Shown: one piece after another, positions 52,501-64,000 of the stretch
How the letters are laid out: every line of letters starts with the position of its first letter
Position numbering within the stretch: the first letter of the stretch is position 1
DNA from: Euprymna scolopes
Lineage: Eukaryota
Reading direction: 5' to 3' (one strand)
Assembly: GCA_053919585.1 (NCBI GenBank)
Contig: CM132825.1
DNA: 64,000 nt
Notes under the pieces: model-generated
What the model saw: only the letters and a program-made list of their open reading frames with translations
Databases searched by the model: none
Told to the model about the DNA's origin: nothing
Translations under genes and position numbers: made by a program

Positions 52501-55500
52501 AACTTGAGATGACAAGCTGTTGTGTCCAATCTACATTCAACAAGAGATGATAAGCTGTTGTGTCCAATCTACATTCAGCAAGAGATGATAAGCTGTTGTG
52601 TCCAATCTACATTCAACAGGATATGATAAGCTGTTGTGTCCTATCTACATTCAACAAGAGATGATAAGCTGTTGTGTCCAATCTACATTCAACAAGAGAT
52701 GATAAGCTGTTGTGTCCAGTAATCATTCAGCAAGAGATGATAAGCTGTTGTGTCCAGTCTACATTCAGCAAGAGATGATAAGCTGTTGTGTCCAGTCTAC
52801 ATTCAGCAAGAGATGATAAGCTGTTGTGTCCAATCTACATTCAACAAGAGATGATAAGCTTTTGTGTCCAATCTACATTCAACAAGAGATGATAAGCTGT
52901 TGTGTCCAATCTACATTCAACAAGAGATGATAAGCTGTTGTGTCCAATCTACATTCAGCAAGAGATGATAAGCTGTTGTGTCCAATCTACATTCAACAAG
53001 AGATGACAAGCTGTTGTGTCCAATCTACATTCAACAAGAGATGATAAGCTGTTGTGTCCAATCTACATTCAGCAAGAGATGATAAGCTGTAGTGTCCAAT
53101 CTACATTCAACAGGGAATGATAAGCTGTTGTGTCCAGTCTACATTCAACAAGAGATGATAAGCTGTTGTGTCCAGTCTACATTCAACAAGAGATGATAAG
53201 CTGTTGTGTCCAGTCTACATTCAACAAGAGATGATAAGCTGTTGTGTCCAATCTACATTCAGCAAGAGATGATAAGCTGTTGTGTCCAATCTACATTCAA
53301 CAAGAGATGATAAGCTGTTGTGTCCAATCTACATTCAACAAGAGATGATAAGCTGTTGTGTCCAGTCTACATTCAGCAAGAGATGATAAGCTGTTGTGTC
53401 CAATCTACATTCAACAAGAGATGATAAGCTGTTGTGTCCAATCTACATTCAACAAGAGATGATAAGCTGTTGTGTCCAATCTACATTCAGCAAGAGATGA
53501 TAAGCTGTTGTGTCCAATCTACATTCAACAAGAGATGATAAGCTGTTGTGTCCAGTCTACATTCAGCAAGAGATGATAAGCTGTTGTGTCCAATCTACAT
53601 TTAACAAGAGATGATAAGCTGTTGTGTCCAATCTACATTCAGCAAGAGATGATAAGCTGTTGTGTCCAATCTACATTCAACAAGAGATGATAAGCTGTTG
53701 TGTCCAATCTACATTCAACAAGAGATGATAAGCTGTTGTGTTCAGTCTACATTCAGCAAGAGATGATAAGCTGTTGTGTCCAGTCTACATTCAGCAAGAG
53801 ATGATAAGCTGTTGTGTCCAGTCTACATTCAGCAAGAGATGATAAGCTGTTGTGTCCAATCTACATTCAGCAAGAGATGATAAGCTGTTGTGTCCAATCT
53901 ACATTCAGCAAGAGATGATAAGCTGTTGTGTCCAATCTACATTCAACAAGAGATGATAAGCTGTTGTGTCCAATCTACATTCAGCAAGAGATGATAAGCT
54001 GTTGTGTCCAATCTACAATCAACAAGAGATGATAAGCTGTTGTGTCCAATCTACATTCAACAAGAGATGATAAGCTGTTGTGTCCAGTCTACATTCAGCA
54101 AGAGATGATAAGCTGTTGTGTCCAGTCTACATTCAGCAAGAGATGATAAGCTGTTGTGTCCAGTCTACATTCAGCAAGAGATGATAAGCTGTTGTGTCCA
54201 ATCTACATTCAACAAGAGATGATAAGCTGTTGTGTCCAGTCTACATTCAGCAAGAGATGATAAGCTGTTGTGTCCAATCTACATTCAACAAGAGATGATA
54301 AGCTGTTGTGTCCAATCTACATTCAACAAGATATGATAAGCTGTTGTGTCCAATCTACATTCAACAAGAGATGATAAGCTGTTGTGTCCAATCTACATTC
54401 AGCAAGAGATGATAAGCTGTTGTGTCCAATCTACATTCAACCTGAGATAGCAAGCTGTTGTGTCCAATCTACATTCAACAAGAGATGATAAGCTGTTGTG
54501 TCCAATCTACATTCAGCAAGAGATGATAAGCTGTTGTGTCCAATCTACATTCAACAGGAGATGATAAGCTGTTGTGTCCAGTCTACATTCAACAAGAGAT
54601 GATAAGCTGTTGTGTCTAGTCTACATTCAACAAGAGATGATAAGCTGTTGTGTCCAGTCTACATTCAACAAGAGATGATAAGCTGTTGTGTCCAGTCTAC
54701 ATTCAGCAAGAGATGATAAGCTGTTGTGTCCAGTCTACATTCAGCAAGAGATGATAAGCTGTTGTGTCCAGTCTACATTCAGCAAGAGATGATAAGCTGT
54801 TGTGTCCAATCTACATTCAACAAGAGATGATAAGCTGTTGTGTCCAATCTACATTCAACAAGAGATGATAAGCTGTTGTGTCCAATCTACATTCAGCAAG
54901 AGATGATAAGCTGTTGTGTCCAATCTACATTCAGCAAGAGATGATAAGCTGTTGTGTCCAATCTACATTCAGCAAGAGATGATAAGCTGTTGTGTCCAAT
55001 CTACATTCAACAAGAGATGATAAGCTGTTGTGTCCAATCTACATTCAACAAGAGATGATAAGCTGTTGTGTCCAATCTACATTCAGCGAGAGATGATAAG
55101 CTGTTGTGTCCAATCTACATTCAACAAGAGATGATAAGCTGTTGTGTCCAATCTACATTCAACAAGAGATGATAAGCTGTTGTGTCCAATCTACATTCAG
55201 CAAGAGATTATAAGCTGTTGTGTCCAATCTACATTCAGCAAGAGATGATAAGCTGTTGTGTCCAATCTACATTCAGCAAGAGATGATAAGCTGTTGTGTC
55301 CAATCTACATTCAACAAGAGATGATAAGCTGTTGTGTCCAATCTACATTCAACAAGAGATGATAAGCTGTTGTGTCCAGTCTACATTCAGCAAGAGATGA
55401 TAAGCTGTTGTGTCCAATCTACATTCAACAAGAGATGATAAGCTGTTGTGTCCAATCTACATTCAACAAGAGATGATAAGCTGTTGTGTCCAATCTACAT

Positions 55501-58500
55501 TCAGCAAGAGATGATAAGCTGTTGTGTCCAATATACATTCAACAAGAGATGATAAGCTGTTGTGTCCAGTCTACATTCAGCAAGAGATGATAAGCTGTTG
55601 TGTCCAATCTACATTTAACAAGAGATGATAAGCTGTTGTGTCCAATCTACATTCAGCAAGAGATGATAAGCTGTTGTGTCCAATCTACATTCAACAAGAG
55701 ATGATAAGCTGTTGTGTCCAATCTACATTCAACAAGAGATGATAAGCTGTTGTGTCCAGTCTACATTCAGCAAGAGATGATAAGCTGTTGTGTCCAGTCT
55801 ACATTCAGCAAGAGATGATAAGCTGTTGTGTCCAGTCTACATTCAGCAAGAGATGATAAGCTGTTGTGTCCAATCTACATTCAGCAAGAGATGATAAGCT
55901 GTTGTGTCCAATCTACATTCAGCAAGAGATGATAAGCTGTTGTGTCCAATCTACATTCAACAAGAGATGATAAGCTGTTGTGTCCAATCTACATTCAGCA
56001 AGAGATGATAAGCTGTTGTGTCCAATCTACATTCAAAAAGAGATGATAAGCTGTTGTGTCCAATCTACATTCAACAAGAGATGATAAGCTGTTGTGTCCA
56101 GTCTACATTCAGCAAGAGATGATAAGCTGTTGTGTCCAGTCTACATTCAGCAAGAGATAATAAGCTGTTGTGTCCAGTCTACATTCAGCAAGAGATTATA
56201 AGCTGTTGTGTCCAATCTACATTCAACAAGAGATGATAAGCTGTTGTGTCCAATCTACATTCAACAAGAGATGATAAGCTGTTGTGTCCAATCTACATTC
56301 AGCAAGAGATGATAAGCTGTTGTGTCCAATCTACATTCAACAAGAGATGATAAGCTGTTGTGTCCAGTCTACATTCAGCAGGAGATGATAAGCTGTTGTG
56401 TCCAATCTACATTCAACAAGAGATGATAAGCTGTTGTGTCCAATCTACATTCAACAAGAGATGATAAGCTGTTGTGTCCAATCTACATTCAACAAGAGAT
56501 GATAAGCTGTTGTGTCCAATCTACATTCAGCAAGAGATGATAAGCTGTTGTGTCCAATCTACATTCAACTTGAGATGACAAGCTGTTGTGTCCAATCTAC
56601 ATTCAACAAGAGATGATAAGCTGTTGTGTCCAATCTACATTCAGCAAGAGATGATAAGCTGTTGTGTCCAATCTACATTCAACAGGAGATGATAAGCTGT
56701 TGTGTCCTATCTACATTCAACAAGAGATGATAAGCTGTTGTGTCCAATCTACATTCAACAAGAGATGATAAGCTGTTGTGTCCAGTCATCATTCAGCAAG
56801 AGATGATAAGCTGTTGTGTCCAGTCTACATTCAGCAAGAGATGATAAGCTGTTGTGTCCAATCTACATTCAACAAGAGATGATAAGCTGTTGTGTCCAAT
56901 CTACATCCCAGCAAGAGATGATAAGCTGTTGTGTCCAATCTACATTCAACAAGAGATGATAAGCTGTTGTGTCCAATCTACATTCAACAAGAGATGAGAG
57001 GCTGTTGTGTCCAATCTACATTCAGCAAGAGATGATAAGCTGTTGTGTCCAGTCTACATTCAACAAGAGATGATAAGCTGTTGTGTCTAATCTACATTCA
57101 GCAAGAGATGATAAGCTGTTGTGTCCAATCTACATTCAACAAGAGATGATAAGCTGTTGTGTCCAATCTACATTCAACAAGAGATGATAAGCTGTTGTGT
57201 CCAATCTACATTCAGCAAGAGATGATAAGCTGTTGTGTCCAATCTACATTCAACAAGAGATGATAAGCTGTTGTGTCCAGTCTACATTCAACAAGAGATG
57301 ATAAGCTGTTGTGTCCAGTCTACATTCAACAAGAGATGATAAGCTGTTGTGTCCAGTCTACATTCAACAAGAGATGATAAGATGTTGTGTCCAGTCTACA
57401 TTCAGCAAGAGATGATAAGCTGTTGTGTGCAGTCTACATTCAGCAAGAGATGATAAGCTGTTGTGTCCAGTCTACATTCAGCAAGAGATGATAAGCTGTT
57501 GTGTCCAGTCTACATTCAGCAGGAGATGATAAGCTGTTGTGTCCAGTCTACATTCAGCAAGAGATGATAAGCTGTTGTGTCCAATCTACATTCAACAAGA
57601 GATGATAAGCTGTTGTGTCCAATCTACATTCAACAAGAGATGATAAGCTGTTGTGTTCAATCTACATTCAACAAGAGATGATAAGCTGTTGTGTCCAATC
57701 TACATTCAGCAAGAGATGATAAGCTGTTGTGTCCAATCTACATTCAGCAAGAGATGATAAGCTGTTGTGTCCAATCTACATTCAGCAAGAGATGAGAAGC
57801 TGTTGTGTCCAATCTACATTCAACAAGAGATGATAAGCTGTTGTGTCCAATCTACATTCAACAAGAGATGATAAGCTGTTGTGTCCAATCTACATTCAGC
57901 AAGAGATGATAAGCTGTTGTGTCCAATCTACATTCAGCAAGAGATGATAAGCTGTTGTGTCCAATCTACATTCAGCAAGAGATGAGAAGCTGTTGTGTCC
58001 AATCTACATTCAACAAGAGATGATAAGCTGTTGTGTGCAATCTACATTCAGCAAGAGATGATAAGCTGTTGTGTCCAATCTACATTCAATAAGAGATGAT
58101 GAGCTGTTGTGTCCTATCTACATTCAACAAGAGATGATAAGCTGTTGTGTCCAATCATCATTCAACAAGAGATGATAAGCTGTTGTGTCCAGTCTACATT
58201 CAGCAAGAGATGATAAGTTGTTGTGTCCAGTCTACATTCAGCAAGAGATGATAAGCTGTTGTGTCCAGTCTACATTCAGCAAGAGATGATAAGCTGTTGT
58301 GTCCAATCTACATTCAACAAGAGATGATAAGGTGTTGTGTCCAATCTACATTCAACAAGAGATGATAAGCTGTTGTGTCCAATCTACATTCAACAAGAGA
58401 TGATAAGTTGTTGTGTCCAGTCTACATTCAGCAAGAGATGATAAGCTTTTGTGTCCAGTCTACATTCAGCAAGAGATGATAAGCTGTTGTGTCCAATCTA

Positions 58501-61500
58501 CATTCAGCAAGAGATGATAAGGTGTTGTGTCCAATCTACATTCAGCAAGAGATGATAAGCTGTTGTGTCCAATCTACATTCAACAAGAGATGATAAGCTG
58601 TTGTGTCCAATCTACATTCAGCAAGAGATGATAAGCTGTTGTGTCCAATCTACATTCAACAAGAGATGATAAGCTGTTGTGTCCAATCTACATTCAACAA
58701 GAGATGATAAGCTGTTGTGTCCAATCTACATTCAACAAGAGATGATAAGCTGTTGTGTCCAGTCTACTTTCAGCAAGAGATGATAAGCTGTTGTGTCCAA
58801 TCTACATTCAGCAAGAGATGATAAGCTGTTGTGTCCAATCTACATTCAACAAGAGATGATAAGCTGTTGTGTCCAATCTCCATTCAGCAAGAGATGATAA
58901 GCTGTTGTGTCCAGTCTACATTCAGCAAGAGATGATAAGCTGTTGTGTCAAGTCTACATTCAGCAAGAGATGATAAGCTGTTGTGTCCAGTCTACATTCA
59001 GCAAGAGATGATAAGCTGTTGTGTCCAGTCTACATTCAGCAAGAGATGATAAGCTGTTGTGTCCAGTCTACATTCAGCAAGAGATGATAAGCTGTTGTGT
59101 CCAGTCTACATTCAGCAAGAGATGATAAGCTGTTGTGTCCAGTCTACATTCAGCAAGACATGATAAGCTTTTGTGTCCAGTCTACATTCAGCAAGAGATG
59201 ATAAGCTGTGGTGTCCAATCTACATTCAACAAGAGATGATAAGCTGTTGTGTCCAGTCTACATTCAACAAGAGATGATAAGCTGTTGTGTCCAATCTACA
59301 TTCAGCAAGAGATGATAAGCTGTTGTGTCCAGTCTACATTCAACAAGAGATGATAAGCTGTTGTGTCCAGTCTACATTCAGCAAGAGATGATAAGCTGTT
59401 GTGTCCAGTCTACATTCAGCAAGAGATGATAAGCTGTTGTGTCCAGTCTACATTCAGCAAGAGATGATAAGCTGTTGTGTCCAATCTACATTCAACAAGA
59501 GATGATAAGCTGTTGTGTCCAATCTACATTCAACAAGAGATGATAAGCTGTTGTGTCCAATCTACATTCAGCAAGAGATGATAAGCTGTTGTGTCCAATC
59601 TACATTCAGCAAGAGATGATAAGCTGTTGTGTCCAATCTACATTCAGCAAGAGATGATAAGCTGTTGTGTCCAGTCTACATTCAGCAAGACATGATAAGC
59701 TGTTGTGTCCAGTCTACATTCAGCAAGAGATGATAAGCTGTGGTGTCCAATCTACATTCAACAAGAGATGATAAGCTGTTGTGTCCAGTCTACATTCAAC
59801 AAGAGATTATAAGCTGTTGTGTCCAATCTACATTCAGCAAGAGATGATAAGCTGTTGTGTCCAGTCTACATTCAACAAGAGATGATAAGCTGTTGTGTCC
59901 AGTCTACATTCAGCAAGAGATGATAAGCTGTTGTGTCCAGTCTACATTCAGCAAGAGATGATAAGCTGTTGTGTCCAGTCTACATTCAGCAAGAGATGAT
60001 AAGCTGTTGTGTCCAATCTACATTCAACAAGAGATGATAAGCTGTTGTGTCCAATCTACATTCAGCAAGAGAGTATAAGCTGTTGTGTCCAATCTACATT
60101 CAGCAAGACATGATAAGCTGTTGTGTCCAATCTACATTCAGCAAGAGATGATAAGCTGTTGTGTCCAATCTACATTCAACAAGAGATGATAAGCTGTTGT
60201 GTCCAATCTACATTCAGCAAGAGATGATAAGCTGTTGTGTCCAATCTACATTCAACAAGAGATGATAAGCTGTTGTGTCCTATCTACATTCAACAAGAGA
60301 TGATAAGCTGTTGTGTCCAATCTACATTCAACAAGAGATGATAAGCTGTTGTGCCCAGTCTACATTCAGCAAGAGATGATAAGCTGTTGTGTCCAGTCTA
60401 CATTCAACAAGAGATGATAAGCTGTTGTGTCCAATCTACATTCAACAAGAGATGATAAGCTGTGGTGTCCAATCTACATTCAGCAAGAGATGATAAGCTG
60501 TTGTGTCCAATCTACATTCAACAAGAGATGATAAGCTGTTGTGTCCAATCTACATTCAACAAGAGATGATAAGCTGTTGTGTCCAATCTACATTCAGCAA
60601 GAGATGATAAGCTGTTGTGTCCAGTCTACATTCAACAAGAGATGATAAGCTGTTGTGTCTAATCTACATTCAGCAAGAGATGATAAGTTGTTGTGTCCAA
60701 TCTACATTCAACAAGAGATGATAAGCTGTTGTGTCCAATCTACATTCAACAAGAGATGATAAGCTGTTGTGTCCAATCTACATTCAGCAAGAGATGATAA
60801 GCTGTTGTGTCCAATCTACATTCAACAAGAGATGATAAGCTGTTGTGTCCAGTCTACATTCAACAAGAGATGATAAGCTGTTGTGTCCAGTCTACATTCA
60901 ACAAGAGATGATAAGCTGTTGTGTCCAGTCTACATTGAACAAAAGATGATAAGCTGTTGTGTCCAGTCTACATTCAGCAAGAGATGATAAGCTGTTGTGT
61001 CCAGTCTACATTCAGCAAGAGATGATAAGCTGTTGTGTCCAGTCTACATTCAGCGAGAGATGATAAGCTGTTGTGTCCAGTCTACATTCAGCAAGAGATG
61101 ATAAGCTGTTGTGTCCAGTCTACATTCAGCAAGAGATGATAAGCTGTTGTGTCCAATCTACATTCAACAAGAGATGATAAGCTGTTGTGTCCAATCTACA
61201 TTCAACAAGAGATGATAAACTGTTGTGTTCAATCTACATTCAGCAAGAGATGATAAGCTGTTGTGTCCAATCTACATTCAACAAGAGATGATAAGCTGTT
61301 GTGTCCAGTCTACATTAAGCAAGAGATGAAAAGCTGTTGTGTCCAATCTAAATTCAACAAGAGATGATAAGCTGTTGTGTCCAATCTACATTCAACAAGA
61401 GATGATAAGCTGTTGTGTCCAATCTACATTCAACAAGAGATGATAAGCTGTTGTGTCCAATCTACATTCAGCAAGAGATGATAAGCTGTTGTGTCCAATC

Positions 61501-64000
61501 TACATTCAACAAGAGATGACAAGCTGTTGTGTCCAATCTACATTCAACAAGGGATGATAAGCTGTTGTGTCCAATCTACATTCAGCAAGAGATGATAAGC
61601 TGTTGTGTCCAATCTACATTCAACAGGAGATGATAAGCTGTTGTGTCCAGTCTACATTAAACAAGAGATGATTAGCTGTTGTGTCCAGTCTACATTCAAC
61701 AAGAGATGATAAGCTGTTGTGTCCAGTCTACATTCAACAAGAGATGATAAGCTATTGTGTCCAGTCTACATTCAGCAAGAGATGATAAGCTGTTGTGTCC
61801 AGTCTACATTCAGCAAGAGATGATAAGCTGTTGTGTCCAGTCTACATTCAGCAAGAGATGATAAGCTGTTGTGTCCAATCTACATTCAACAAGAGATGAT
61901 AAGCTGTTGTGTCCAATCTACATTCAACAAGAGATGATAAGCTGTTGTGTCCAATCTACATTCAGCAAGAGATGATAAGCTGTTGTGTCCAATCTACATT
62001 CAGCAAGAGATGATAAGCTGTTGTGTCCAATCTACATTCAACAAGATATGATAAGCTCTTGTGTCCAATCTACATTCAACAAGAGATGATAAGCTGTTGT
62101 GTCCAATCTACATTCAGCAAGAGATGATAAGCTGTTGTGTCTAATCTACATTCAACAGGAGATGATAAGCTGTTGTGTCCAGTCTACATTCAACAAGAGA
62201 TGATAAGCTGTTGTGTCCAGTCTACATTCAACAAGAGATGATAAGCTGTTGTGTCCAGTCTACATTACACAAGAGATGATAAGCTGTTGTGTCCAGTCTA
62301 CATTCAGCAAGAGATGATAAGCTGTTGTGTCCAGTCTACATTCAGCAAGAGATGATAAGCTGTTGTGTCCAGGCTACATTCAGCAAGAGATGATAAGCTG
62401 TTGTGTCCAATCTACATTCAACAAGAGATGATAAGCTGTTGTGTCCAATCTACATTCAACAAGAGATGATAAGCTGTTGTGTCCAATCTACATTCAGCAA
62501 GAGATGATAAGCTGTTGTGTCCAATCTACATTCAGCAAGAGATGATAAGCTGTTGTGTTCAATCTACATTCAGCAAGAGATGATAAGCTGTTGTGTCCAA
62601 TCTACATTCAACAAGAGATGATAAGCTGTTGTGTCCAATCTACATTCAGCAAGAGATGATAAGCTGTTGTGTCCAATCTACATTCAGCAAGAGATGATAA
62701 GCTGTTGTGTTCAATCTACATTCAGCAAGAGATGATAAGCTGTTGTGTCCAATCTACATTCAACAAGAGATGATAAGCTGTTGTGTCCAATCTACATTCA
62801 GCAAGAGATGATAAGCTGTTGTGTCCAATCTACATTCAACAAGAGATTATAAGCTGTTGTGTCCTATCTACATTCAACAAGAGATGATAAGCTGTTGTGT
62901 CCAATCTACATTCAACAAGAGATGATAAGCTGTTGTGTCCAATCTTCATTCAGCAAGAGATGATAAGCTGTTGTGTCCAATCTACATTCAACAAGAGATG
63001 ATAAGCTGTTGTGTCCAATCTACATTAAACAAGAGATGATAAGCTGTTGTGTCCAATCTACATTCAGCAAGAGATGATAAGCTGTTGTGTCCAATCTACA
63101 TTCAACAAGAGATGATAAGCTGTTGTGTCTAATCTACATTCAGCAAGAGATGATAAGCTGTTGTGTCCAATCTACATTCAACAAGAGATGATAAGCTGTT
63201 GTGTCCAATCTAAATTCAACCAGAGATGATAAGCTGTTGTGTCCAATCTACATTCAGCAAGAGATGATAAGCTGTTGTGTCCAATCTACATTCAACAAGA
63301 GATGATAAGCTGTTGTGTCCAGTCTACATTCAACAAGAGATGATAAGCTGTTGTGTCCAATCTACATTCAACAAGAGATGATAAGCTGTTGTGTCCAATC
63401 TACATTCAGCAAGAGATGATAAGCTGTTGTGTCCAATCTACATTCAACAAGAGATGATAAGCTGTTGTGTCCAGTCTACATTCAGCAAGAGATGATAAGC
63501 TGTTGTGTCCAATCTACATTCAACAAGAGATGATAAGCTGTTGTGTCCAATCTACATTCAACAAGAGATGATAAGCTGTTGTGTCCAATCTACATTCAAC
63601 AAGAGATGATAAGCTGTTGTCTCCAATCTACATTCAGCAAGAGATGATAAGCTGTTGTGTCCAATTTACATTCAACAAGAGATGACAAGCTGTTGTGTCC
63701 AATCTACATTCAACAAGAGATGATAAGCTGTTGTGTCCAATCTACATTCAGCAAGAGATGATAAGCTGTTGTGTCCAATCTACATTCAACAGGAGATCAT
63801 AAGCTGTCGTGTCCAGTCTACATTCAACAAGAGATGATAAGCTGTTTTGTCCAGTCTACATTCAACAAGAGATGATAAGCTGTTGTGTCCAGTCTACATT
63901 CAACAAGAGATGATAAGCTGTTGTGTCCAGTCTACATTCAGCAAGAGATGATAAGCTGTTGTGTCCAGTCTACATTCAGCAAGAGATGATAAGCTGTTGT

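Larger units (their letters stand above)
30573..64000. repeat. 38-bp satellite array (~850 monomers, continues beyond window) with nested higher-order repeats
   Basis: CAAGAGATGATAAGCTGTTGTGTCCA[A/G]TCTACATTCA[A/G]; rare variants recur at multiples of 38 bp. Confidence 0.99.

Noticed and set aside
30573-64000. CRISPR array (38-bp repeat length)
   Set aside because: Monomers are contiguous with no unique spacers, there are no cas genes and the context is eukaryotic.

Overview
AT-rich eukaryotic (invertebrate metazoan-type) genomic DNA with no intact recognisable host gene. About 65% of the window is two satellites: a 57-bp monomer (1-695 and 22144-30031, ~140 copies in the larger array) and a 38-bp monomer (857-1712, short and degenerate; 30573-64000+, ~850 copies with nested higher-order repeats). 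The two satellites occur twice in the same order around the same linker (57-mer array, linker A, 38-mer array), 29,336 bp apart. In the first copy the short 38-mer array runs into an intronless minus-strand ORF (Ser/Thr/Pro-rich, with a C-terminal hydrophobic segment) and a pair of CRE palindromes. This looks like a duplicated composite cassette in which one copy has seeded a large satellite array. Positions 3.1-21.7 kb are a transposon graveyard: several 5'-truncated CR1-group LINEs, an internally deleted Copia, RTE 5' and 3' fragments, a probable small Helitron, a possible tRNA-derived SINE, minisatellites, two N gaps and exon-like pseudogene remnants. Family assignments come from motif recognition only; no database search was run.
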